A stretch of 64,000 nucleotides of DNA. It comes from Lachnospiraceae bacterium (lineage in GTDB: Bacteria; Bacillota; Clostridia; Lachnospirales; Lachnospiraceae). Each line of letters starts with the position of its first letter. Position 1 is the first letter of the stretch. The notes under the pieces are model-generated. The model searched no databases. It was not told the DNA's origin and was given only the letters and a program-made list of their open reading frames with translations. A program made the position numbers and the translations under genes. Below, piece by piece: positions 55,869 through 64,000 of the stretch. The DNA lies in NCBI GenBank assembly GCA_017440045.1, contig JAFSIA010000011.1:96-64095 (forward strand). Direction: 5' to 3'.

Positions 55869-57260
55869 CTATACTTTAAATAAATCATCTATAGTCAAAA
55901 GCACTGCTCCTTCTTGTGCAGCTCTTCTCTGTACAGGTGCAGTAAAGCCACCTTTACTGATAAACATCAGATACTTTTTCATATCCTCTGGAAATGCCCT
56001 TGTTGCCGTCACAAGGTCATCATATTCTTCCATCTGCATTGGCTTATTTGTAAATTTACATTCGCAGAACAATCCTTCGGTCTTTTTCTTATTCATTGCC
56101 AATATATCCACATCATCCTGCGCTCTTATAGCTGGATTATTTCCCCACCATTTTCCAATATAAAATGGTATAAATGGCAATTTTCTTTCCTTTGCCTGCC
56201 TTATTAAAAATTGCTTGCAGATTTCTTCAAAAGTAAGTCCCATATAATCTGAAATGTCTTCCATAACCTCTTTTGCTGCGTCTTTTGTTCCAAGCAATTC
56301 ATAATAATTCTTATTTGAAAATACATAGCGATACCAAAACCTATAAAAGTTGTCTGTCAGTACATATATAGCTTTTTTGCTCTCCTCTGGCTCACCGCAA
56401 GGAATACGCTTCTCAACAAGTCTTATAGACATAAGAGTTAAAAGATATTTGCTACATTTACCTTTATCCTCATGGATACAGTCAGCTATTTCTGTGACCC
56501 TATTATAACCTCGAGCAATAGCCTCCAATATACTGTTATACACGCTTGGCTCACGAAGCTCCATTTTCAAAAGCATCATAGGTTCATCGTTTAGAAATGC
56601 CCCATTTCTAAGAATCTCAGCCTCTATATTCTCCTGTATTGGAGCCTTTGATGAGAAAGCATTAAGATAACGGGGAATTCCTCCAAGTATTCCATAGGTA
56701 ATCAGCTTATCTTCCACAGAGTAATTCTCGAAAAATTTGGCACTATCAATATAATCAAATGGCAATATCTCCATTGATGATGTTGTACGACCATACAATG
56801 GACTCTCATATCCCATAATATCATTAATCATAAAGCTAACGCTGGAGCCGCATAATATTAAAAATATATTTAAATCCTTCCAATGATGATCTATCTCATG
56901 CTGAAATATGCTCTTTATAGATGGATTTGGACCAGCCATAAATGGAAACTCATCAATAATTAAAATCGTTTTCTCTTTCTTTGATTTGTTTGTCACATAT
57001 GATAGTGCATCCTCCCATGACTGAAATGGTGCAATATAGTGACCTTCATAGTGCTGCTGTAATGTTTTAGAAAAATCAATAAGATTTAAGCTGTCATTTT
57101 TTTCCTGTGCAGAATAAAATATAACATTATGTCTGCTTGAAAACTCCTGCAAAATAGTAGTTTTACCTACTCTTCGTCTTCCGTACATTACTAAAAATTC
57201 AAAGCGCTCACTATTATTCAATTTTTCAAGCTGCTCTAATTCCTTCTCTCTACCAATCAT
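55869..57260 (-). CDS. ATP-binding protein (archaeal-type ATPase + DUF234-like C-terminal domain)
   Basis: 463 aa with Walker A GRRRVGKTT and Walker B ILIIDEF. Confidence 0.75.
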   Translation of the reverse strand: MIGREKELEQLEKLNNSERFEFLVMYGRRRVGKTTILQEFSSRHNVIFYSAQEKNDSLNLIDFSKTLQQHYEGHYIAPFQSWEDALSYVTNKSKKEKTILIIDEFPFMAGPNPSIKSIFQHEIDHHWKDLNIFLILCGSSVSFMINDIMGYESPLYGRTTSSMEILPFDYIDSAKFFENYSVEDKLITYGILGGIPRYLNAFSSKAPIQENIEAEILRNGAFLNDEPMMLLKMELREPSVYNSILEAIARGYNRVTEIADCIHEDKGKCSKYLLTLMSIRLVEKRIPCGEPEESKKAIYVLTDNFYRFWYRYVFSNKNYYELLGTKDAAKEVMEDISDYMGLTFEEICKQFLIRQAKERKLPFIPFYIGKWWGNNPAIRAQDDVDILAMNKKKTEGLFCECKFTNKPMQMEEYDDLVTATRAFPEDMKKYLMFISKGGFTAPVQRRAAQEGAVLLTIDDLFKV

Positions 57261-57369
57261 TTACTCACCTACTTATAAATTCACTTTTTGTATACTTATA
57301 AGTAGTATACTCTTGTTTCAACTTTTTTACAACAATTTTTTAATTATACTTCATCTATTTAGAAGTAGC

Positions 57370-58800
57370 TTACAGCTTCCCCCTTAGCACCTCATTTACC
57401 TTCACTGGGTCGCCCTTGCCCTTCATCTTCTTCATGACCTGACCAACCAAGAATCCAAATGCTCTGTCCTTGCCGTTATGATAGTCATCTACTACACTGG
57501 TGTTTTCTGCTAGAACCTCGTCAACTGCCTTCTCGATAGCGCCTGTATCTGACACCATCATAAGTCCATTCTCCTCCATATATTTAAGGGGCTCTATATC
57601 TGACGTGAAGACCTCTGCGAAGACCTTCTGTGCATTGCCTTGGTTTATCTTGCCCTCGTCCATTGCTTTGATAATAGCCGCAAGATTTTTAGGTGAGAAT
57701 GTCAGCTGCTCTGGGTCCATAGCCTTTTCCTTTAATGTGCGAAGCACCTCTCCCATAAACCAATTGGCTGCCTTCTTAGGATTACCACAAAGCTTAGCTG
57801 TCTCCTCAAACATATCCGCCATATGTCTGTTTTGAGTAAGGATATTGGCATCATAATCTGACAAGCCGTACTGTGCCTTATATCTGGCACACTTTTCCGG
57901 TTGAAACTCTGGCTCACTTGCCTTTATCTCCTCTATCCACTGGTCAGATATAAGGATTGGCGGCAAATCCGGCTCTGGAAAATACCTGTAATCCTTGGCA
58001 TCCTCCTTTGAACGCATAGCAAATGATGTCAGCTTATTATCATCCCAGCGTCTTGTTTCCTGTATTACTTGCTCTCCGCTTTCAATGAGCTCTATCTGTC
58101 TTTTACACTCTCCCTCGATTGCATGCTGGATTGCCCTAAAAGAATTTAAATTCTTCATCTCCGTCCTTGTTCCAAGAGCTTGTGAGCCAACCTCTCTTAC
58201 GGACAAGTTTACATCTGCTCTCATAGAACCCTCTTGAAGCTTGCAGTCTGACACACCAAGATACTGGCATATCATTCTGATTTTTTCAAGGTAGGCTATT
58301 ACCTCATCTGCTGTCCTCATATCAGGCTCTGACACTATCTCTATAAGTGGCACACCACTTCTATTGTAGTCTACAAGGGAGCTCTCATCACTATCTTCAT
58401 GAATGAGCTTTCCTGCATCCTCTTCCATATGCATCTCATGTATTCTTATTGTCGTAGCTCCGTTTGAAGTCTCTATGTCAACACTTCCGTTTGTGCATAT
58501 TGGCATGTATAGCTGAGATATCTGATAGTTTTGAGGATTGTCCGGATAAAAATAATTCTTTCTGTCGAATCTACAATATCTGCTTATCTGACAGTTTGTT
58601 GCATTGCCTAATGCAATGGCATACTCTACCACCTTTTTATTCAATACTGGTAACGCTCCCGGCATACCTGTACACACAGGACAGGTATGTGAATTAACTG
58701 CTCCACCAAACCTTGTCGAGCATCCGCAGAATATCTTTGTCTTTGTGGCGAGCTCCACATGGACTTCTAAGCCAATAACTGTTTCGTACTGTTTAGCCAT
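57370..58800 (-). CDS. gatB: Asp/Glu-tRNA(Asn/Gln) amidotransferase subunit B
   Basis: The ATG at 58800 gives MAKQYETVIGLEVHVEL. It overlaps the gatA stop by 8 nt. Confidence 0.95.
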   Translation of the reverse strand: MAKQYETVIGLEVHVELATKTKIFCGCSTRFGGAVNSHTCPVCTGMPGALPVLNKKVVEYAIALGNATNCQISRYCRFDRKNYFYPDNPQNYQISQLYMPICTNGSVDIETSNGATTIRIHEMHMEEDAGKLIHEDSDESSLVDYNRSGVPLIEIVSEPDMRTADEVIAYLEKIRMICQYLGVSDCKLQEGSMRADVNLSVREVGSQALGTRTEMKNLNSFRAIQHAIEGECKRQIELIESGEQVIQETRRWDDNKLTSFAMRSKEDAKDYRYFPEPDLPPILISDQWIEEIKASEPEFQPEKCARYKAQYGLSDYDANILTQNRHMADMFEETAKLCGNPKKAANWFMGEVLRTLKEKAMDPEQLTFSPKNLAAIIKAMDEGKINQGNAQKVFAEVFTSDIEPLKYMEENGLMMVSDTGAIEKAVDEVLAENTSVVDDYHNGKDRAFGFLVGQVMKKMKGKGDPVKVNEVLRGKL

Positions 58801-60343
58801 TATATTCGCACCCGCCTTCCTGATTATTCTGTATTCCTGCATTACCATTGTTATCATACGCACAAGGGTAGTCTCCACGCATACACTCATAAGCTGCTGC
58901 CATACTTACAATCTTATTCTCATCAAATGAATCACCAATAAGCTGCATTCCTATAGGCAGCCCCTTACTGTCCATGCCACAAGGTACACTTATAGCCGGA
59001 AGACCACATAAATTTACTGCCACTGTGTATATATCGCTTAGATACATCTTAAGTGGGGTGCTTAAGCTTGCACCAAGCTTTGGCGCCGTAGTAGGTGCAA
59101 CCGGTCCCATGATTGCGTCATATTTCTTAAAGGCTTCATCGAATTCTTCTTTTATAAGACGCTTCACCTTAAGCGCCTTAAGATAATACGCATCATAATA
59201 GCCTGCACTTAAGACAAATGAACCTAAAAGAATTCGTCTCTTAACTTCCTCACCAAAGCCCTCTGTCCTACTTTTTTTATACATATCGTGCAAACCTTTT
59301 GCATCCTCGCTCCTATATCCATATTTTACACCGTCAAAGCGTTCAAGATTGGAGCTTGCCTCAGCACATGCGATGATATAATAAGCTGGGATAGCATAGT
59401 CCGTCATCTTTAAATTAAAATACTCTACAGTAGCTCCTGCCTCCTCCATAAGTGACGCTGCCTTAAGAATCGACGACTTCACTTCCTCATCTGTTCCCTC
59501 TGCAAGATACTCCATAGGTATACCGATGGTCTTACCTCTTAGATTTTTATCCACATACATTTGTCCATCTAAGGCTGCATCTCCACAATTTATGCTCTCT
59601 ACCTGTCTATTAATACTCGTGCTATCCATAGAATCATATCCGGCAATAATCTCATAAAGCGCTGCACAATCTGCCATATTTTTTCCCACTGGTCCAATCT
59701 GGTCTAAGGATGATGCGTATGCTATAAGACCTGACCTGGAAACTCTACCATACGTTGGCTTAAGTCCTGTAACACCGCAGAACGCTGCCGGCTGTCTAAT
59801 AGAACCACCTGTATCTGAGCCTAACGCCAAAGGGACTAGCCCTGCTGCCACAGCTGCACATGTTCCACCTGATGAACCACCTGGAACATGCTCATTATTC
59901 CATGGATTTTTTGTAGCACCAAATACTGATGTCTCTGTGGTACTTCCCATGCCAAACTCATCCATGTTGGTCTTGCCTATAATTATCATACCAGCTTCCT
60001 CAAGCCTTTTAACTACATATGCATCATAGGTAGGCAAAAAATTTTCAAGCATCCTTGAACCACATGTTGTCCTGATGCCCTTTGTGCATATATTATCCTT
60101 GATGGCAATAGGCACTCCAGCAAGGCTGCCATTATACTTTCCGCTAGAAATACCCTGCTGTACTTCATCTATCCTCTTATTCAATTTCTCATCATTAACA
60201 TCCATCAAAGTCAAGAAAGCATTTAACTTCTTATCCGTATTTTTAGCATGATTTATATATGCACTGACAGCTTCCCTCACTGTAAGCTGTCCACTCTTTA
60301 TATTTTGGGCAAGCTCTAGTGCCGTCATTTCTAATATCTCCAT
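58793..60343 (-). CDS. gatA: Glu-tRNA(Gln) amidotransferase subunit A
   Basis: It has the amidase signature (GGSSGG, GSDTGGSIRQPA). The ATG at 60343 lies 8 nt after GGAGG. Confidence 0.93.
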   Translation of the reverse strand: MEILEMTALELAQNIKSGQLTVREAVSAYINHAKNTDKKLNAFLTLMDVNDEKLNKRIDEVQQGISSGKYNGSLAGVPIAIKDNICTKGIRTTCGSRMLENFLPTYDAYVVKRLEEAGMIIIGKTNMDEFGMGSTTETSVFGATKNPWNNEHVPGGSSGGTCAAVAAGLVPLALGSDTGGSIRQPAAFCGVTGLKPTYGRVSRSGLIAYASSLDQIGPVGKNMADCAALYEIIAGYDSMDSTSINRQVESINCGDAALDGQMYVDKNLRGKTIGIPMEYLAEGTDEEVKSSILKAASLMEEAGATVEYFNLKMTDYAIPAYYIIACAEASSNLERFDGVKYGYRSEDAKGLHDMYKKSRTEGFGEEVKRRILLGSFVLSAGYYDAYYLKALKVKRLIKEEFDEAFKKYDAIMGPVAPTTAPKLGASLSTPLKMYLSDIYTVAVNLCGLPAISVPCGMDSKGLPIGMQLIGDSFDENKIVSMAAAYECMRGDYPCAYDNNGNAGIQNNQEGGCEYNG

Positions 60344-60401
60344 AAATCTTTCCTCCACATACCTGTATCTTTATACCACCTACCATGTTATAGCAGATTG
60401 C

Positions 60402-60713
60402 TTATACAGTTTTTGGCACTACAAACATATTATCTCTCTTTGCCGGAGCATTGCTTAATGTCAATTCTGCACTATGACTCTCCTTGAGACAATCCTCTCT
60501 AAAAACATTAGCATCCGGCATAATATGTACCAAGGGCTCAACCTCATCTGTTGAAAGCTCATTTAGCTTGTCAACATATGATAGGATTTTCTCCATTTCG
60601 TCCATTGCCTTCTTTCTCTCATCTGTAGAGAGCTCAAGCTTTGCCAGTATCTCTATATTATCCATAGTTTGATTATCTATTTTCTTATTAGAATCGATAC
60701 TTTTATCTGTCAT
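60402..60713 (-). CDS. gatC: Asp/Glu-tRNA amidotransferase subunit C
   Basis: The ATG at 60713 follows AAAGGAG. The C-terminus FVVPKTV is typical of GatC. Confidence 0.85.
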   Translation of the reverse strand: MTDKSIDSNKKIDNQTMDNIEILAKLELSTDERKKAMDEMEKILSYVDKLNELSTDEVEPLVHIMPDANVFREDCLKESHSAELTLSNAPAKRDNMFVVPKTV

Positions 60714-60805
60714 TTTTATTACTCCTTTTGCTGACTTTCCAATCACTTCATAGTTCTTCTATTTTATCATAAATGTGCCCGTCTGTTAACATAATAAATA
60801 GTAGT

Positions 60806-60851
60806 AAAAAACACCTCTATGCAGATGTTATATATTCTCTGCATAAAGGTG
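60806..60851 (-). terminator. Rho-independent terminator after the second sigma-fusion gene
   Basis: On the minus strand: cacctttatgcaga / tctgcatagaggtg, followed by tttttt. Confidence 0.75.
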
Positions 60852-60861
60852 CATTATATTT

Positions 60862-62874
60862 TTACTCTACAAATTCTGCTGCGTAGTCAATTACTGTGTA
60901 ATATCTCCACACAAATTCTTTGTAATCATTTATGTCTGCTATAGATGGATATACGATACTGTACTCCATAACGTCATTTTCTCTATACCAATCTGTCAGC
61001 ATAATATCACGATGCTCCAAGTCGTTAAGCACTGGGAATGTAAGCATTAACATTCCGTTTCTGTAATTGGAATCATTATTATTTGAATATGAAATCAACT
61101 GATAGTTAAACTCTTCTTCTATAAACTTATCTACAAAAGCCTTCTGACTATCTGTCAATGCTTCGTAGCTTCCATAATCAGCCTCATGCTCTGCTTTATA
61201 ATCTACACCTGATAATGAGCTTAAATAACTCTCTAATCCTGTGAAATCCTTTGCTGCAAGAAGTCTGTCAATTTCCACTACCATATCATTATCCTCTTTA
61301 AAGCCATTTCCCACATCTCCTGCAATCAATTCTGTTGCCTGAGTCAGATTCTTATATGCATATCTGGCTGGGTACAGCTCATCTAACTGATCCAGCTTGT
61401 CTAATTCAATGTCACCGATAATATGGTCAATACATACCTTAATATCTCCATTTTTATCAGGTAATTTAATCCAGAAATCAGGTGCCTTCATCATTGGCAT
61501 AACTGACATTGCTTTTTCTAAAAGAGCAATACCTTCCTCTGCAGTATTCACATCTGGATTTCTAGGAATTATCTCTCCGGCATTAAATGATGCAGGATAT
61601 ATCTTATCTAAAATAAATAAAATTGGCTTTGAATATTCCATATCTACATGAAGTGAAGTCTCTCCGTCCTGGATTTTATCCTCTAAGTCCTTTGCCAAAT
61701 CTGACAATGTTTCCTCGTTAATACAATATTTTACATCCTTGTACAACGTTTTTATAAAGTCAGATGTGCACTCGTACTGGCTTATCTCAACAAAATCCTC
61801 ATAGCAATCCTCTCCCTCGTAAGACATCTCTACAAGAGTCTCAACATCACCTGAAATAAGAGCCTTAAAGAACTGCTCTATCTGACCCATTACATCCTCT
61901 GCCATAGCTGTGTAATCCATCTCTACTGCAGGGTCATCTGTAGCTCCACTATTTTCTGTTGTTTCTTCCTGATTATCTGTCACATTTTCTGTTGTAATCT
62001 CTGAAGTCACCTCACTACCTGTTGTTGGCTTGATAGCATTCTCATTGTTATCATCTGATGATGTTACCAGTAATACTACTGCTGTTGTGACTCCTGCCAC
62101 TGCTACTATTGCTGCTGATACAGCTGCGATAATTTTTGCTTTTAATGTTGCAAACATAACTTTTCCTCCTGATTTTACCGCCTCTTCGGCGAAGATATTC
62201 TGGGCAATAGCTTCTGCTCCTGCATAAGCATTTGTATCGGGTAGTTTTATGGCGCCTGCCTCCATATGAAGCAGCTTCGCGAGAACTGGAACCAGTGCAA
62301 CTGAGTAAAGCTTATCTCCGCTCTTTTTCTCATATTTTAGAACGCCTTCTTTAATCTTTGCTCTGGCAAGACACAGTCTGGATGTAACAGTGCCCACGGG
62401 ACATTCCAAAAGCTCTGCAATCTCTGCCGCCGACATGTTTTGGTAATAAAATAATATTACTGCCTGATACAGAGTATCCGAAAGTTCCTCTCTCATAATG
62501 TCATAAAGGATTTTTCTCTTGGCATCATTTGTCACATAATCCTCCGGCAAAAGAAGCTCTCCCTCATCAGTTACCATCTCTGACAATGTTTCATCATCGA
62601 CTGGTATGGGTCTCTTCGCTTTAAGAAAATCCCTACATTTATTTGCGGTTATTTTTCCCAGCCAGTTTTCAAATCTGCTGGTATCCTTAAGAGTTGGCAG
62701 GCTCTTCATCACAACAATGTACACCTCTTGTGACACATCTGCCGCATCCTGCTCATTTTTTAAAAAAGCCAAACATGTAAAATATACCTGCCTGTATGTA
62801 TCCTTATAAATCTCTTCTAAGGCTGACTTATCTCCCAAACTGGCTTTCTTAACTAACTTTTCTAGCTTTTCCAC
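60862..62874 (-). CDS. second sigma-70 family domain fused to a TM segment and a ~400-aa extracytoplasmic domain of unknown function (GTG start)
   Basis: 670 aa. The N-terminus has DAADVSQEVYIVVMKSL, NWLGKITANKCRDFLKAK and AAEIAELLECPVGTVTSRLCLARAKI. It shares the post-sigma segment EKK.G.KLYS with the 679-aa protein. The TM is IIAAVSAAIVAVAGVTTAVVLLV. Confidence 0.75.
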   Translation of the reverse strand: MEKLEKLVKKASLGDKSALEEIYKDTYRQVYFTCLAFLKNEQDAADVSQEVYIVVMKSLPTLKDTSRFENWLGKITANKCRDFLKAKRPIPVDDETLSEMVTDEGELLLPEDYVTNDAKRKILYDIMREELSDTLYQAVILFYYQNMSAAEIAELLECPVGTVTSRLCLARAKIKEGVLKYEKKSGDKLYSVALVPVLAKLLHMEAGAIKLPDTNAYAGAEAIAQNIFAEEAVKSGGKVMFATLKAKIIAAVSAAIVAVAGVTTAVVLLVTSSDDNNENAIKPTTGSEVTSEITTENVTDNQEETTENSGATDDPAVEMDYTAMAEDVMGQIEQFFKALISGDVETLVEMSYEGEDCYEDFVEISQYECTSDFIKTLYKDVKYCINEETLSDLAKDLEDKIQDGETSLHVDMEYSKPILFILDKIYPASFNAGEIIPRNPDVNTAEEGIALLEKAMSVMPMMKAPDFWIKLPDKNGDIKVCIDHIIGDIELDKLDQLDELYPARYAYKNLTQATELIAGDVGNGFKEDNDMVVEIDRLLAAKDFTGLESYLSSLSGVDYKAEHEADYGSYEALTDSQKAFVDKFIEEEFNYQLISYSNNNDSNYRNGMLMLTFPVLNDLEHRDIMLTDWYRENDVMEYSIVYPSIADINDYKEFVWRYYTVIDYAAEFVE

Positions 62875-63079
62875 CTTTACATATTCCTTTCTACTATGCT
62901 CTACTTTTCTTATGCAATTTGCCCTACATAATATAAGACGATTCTAATTTCCATTTTGCTGAATAAAATTTAAAATTTTTTGAAAAAATTTTTTCCGATG
63001 GTCATTATATCTCAAAAATAGATATTTTTCTACAGAATGTATCTCTGTTATGAAAGCCAATTAACCCTTTTTTACATTG

Positions 63080-63120
63080 AAAAAACGCCCTTATACAGAT
63101 TTTTTCTGTACAAAAGCGTC
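63080..63120 (-). terminator. Rho-independent terminator after the isomerase-like gene
   Basis: On the minus strand: gacgcttttgtacaga / tctgtataagggcgt, followed by tttttt. Confidence 0.65.
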
Positions 63121-63155
63121 TTTTCCATACATTATTATCAATAATATTTTATTTC

Positions 63156-64000
63156 CTAACCATATGGATTTTCAGATACATACCTCATTGCCTTTGGCTG
63201 ATTATAATTAATCTCATCATATTCTACGCCAATAAGCTTAAATACCTCATACAACTCTTTTCCAAAATGTCCAAATGCTACAGCACCGTGGTGAGGATAA
63301 TTCTTCTCAATGAGAACATGTCTATAAAATCTTCCCATTTCCTTTATGGCAAAAACACCAATACTTCCGAAGGATTTTGTAGCAACCGGAAGCACCTCGC
63401 CCTCAGCCACATAGGCTCTTAAAATATTATCCGCTGTAGACTGTAATCTGAAGAATGTAATATCTCCAGGTATGATATCTCCCTCCAAGGTTCCATTTGT
63501 AACCTCTTCCGGAAGACTTCTCGCCATAATCATCTGGTTTTTCATCTTGGCATCAACAAGCTTGCCTGAATATGTATTTCCACAGTGGAAGCCCATAAAT
63601 ACATCCCTTTGTGTGTAATCAAATTTATTATTGATAGCTTCCTCATACATATCCTTTGGAACTGAATTATTAATATCAAGCAATGTCACTGCATCTTCGC
63701 TGATACATGTTCCTATAAATTCGCTTAAAACTCCGTATATGTCTACCTCACATGATACTGGGATTCCTCTGCCTGTAAGACGACTATTCACATAGCATGG
63801 AACAAATCCAAACTGAGTCTGGAATGCCGGCCAGCATTTTCCTGCTATTGCCACATACTTTCTATAACCCTTATGATTCTCAATCCAATCAAGTAATGTA
63901 AGCTCGTATTGTGCCAGCTTTTCCAATATTTCCGGCTTATTATTGCCACTTCCAAGCTCCTTTTCCATATCTGCTACCACGTCCGGAATTCTAGAATCGC
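63156..64000 (-). CDS. L-fucose/L-arabinose isomerase family protein, C-terminal part (5' end beyond window)
   Basis: The ORF is open to the window edge. The family call rests on general resemblance only (CEVDIYG, GFHCGN blocks). Confidence 0.55.
   Translation of the reverse strand, partial: DSRIPDVVADMEKELGSGNNKPEILEKLAQYELTLLDWIENHKGYRKYVAIAGKCWPAFQTQFGFVPCYVNSRLTGRGIPVSCEVDIYGVLSEFIGTCISEDAVTLLDINNSVPKDMYEEAINNKFDYTQRDVFMGFHCGNTYSGKLVDAKMKNQMIMARSLPEEVTNGTLEGDIIPGDITFFRLQSTADNILRAYVAEGEVLPVATKSFGSIGVFAIKEMGRFYRHVLIEKNYPHHGAVAFGHFGKELYEVFKLIGVEYDEINYNQPKAMRYVSENPYG

Overview
This window looks like a chromosomal segment of a low-GC Firmicute (Clostridia, Lachnospiraceae-like gene content and synteny; taxonomy is inferred). 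Most genes lie on the minus strand in long co-directional arrays.

Housekeeping content:
- The F0F1 ATP synthase operon (atpZ-I-B-E-F-H-A-G-D; atpD is cut by the window edge).
- The ywl-like block: dCMP deaminase, rpiB, an LMW-PTP-like gene and sua5/tsaC.
- dnaX-ybaB-recR, and tadA with the SRP RNA.
- rsmA, tatD, and metG with a T-box leader.
- A yaaO..rsmI-like block: decarboxylase, guanylate-kinase-like, yaaR, holB, yaaT/PSP1, yabB-like methyltransferase and rsmI.
- gatCAB and pfkA.

Accessory or unusual content:
1. A MukF/MukE/MukB-like (MksBEF/Wadjet-like) triad sits 39 nt downstream of recR. There is no JetD-type nuclease gene. Its roughly 1480-codon SMC-like reading frame is interrupted by two in-frame TAG codons. 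An 849-aa TPR / poly-acidic / P-loop protein follows it.
2. Two paralogous proteins fuse a sigma-70 domain to a membrane span and an ectodomain. One of them shares a 45-nt promoter-like motif with the downstream transglutaminase-like lipoprotein gene.
3. A 1187-aa MucBP / B-repeat surface adhesin lies between the SRP RNA and dnaX.
4. An operon that appears A+T-rich by eye encodes an 836-aa secreted protein, two different FtsX-type permeases and a MacB-type ATPase.
5. A short structured intergenic element occurs three times, each in the sense orientation ahead of ybaB, tatD or metG.

I saw no rRNA, tRNA, CRISPR array, transposase or integrase. All functional calls come from reading the translated ORFs and motifs by eye. 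No database search was run.
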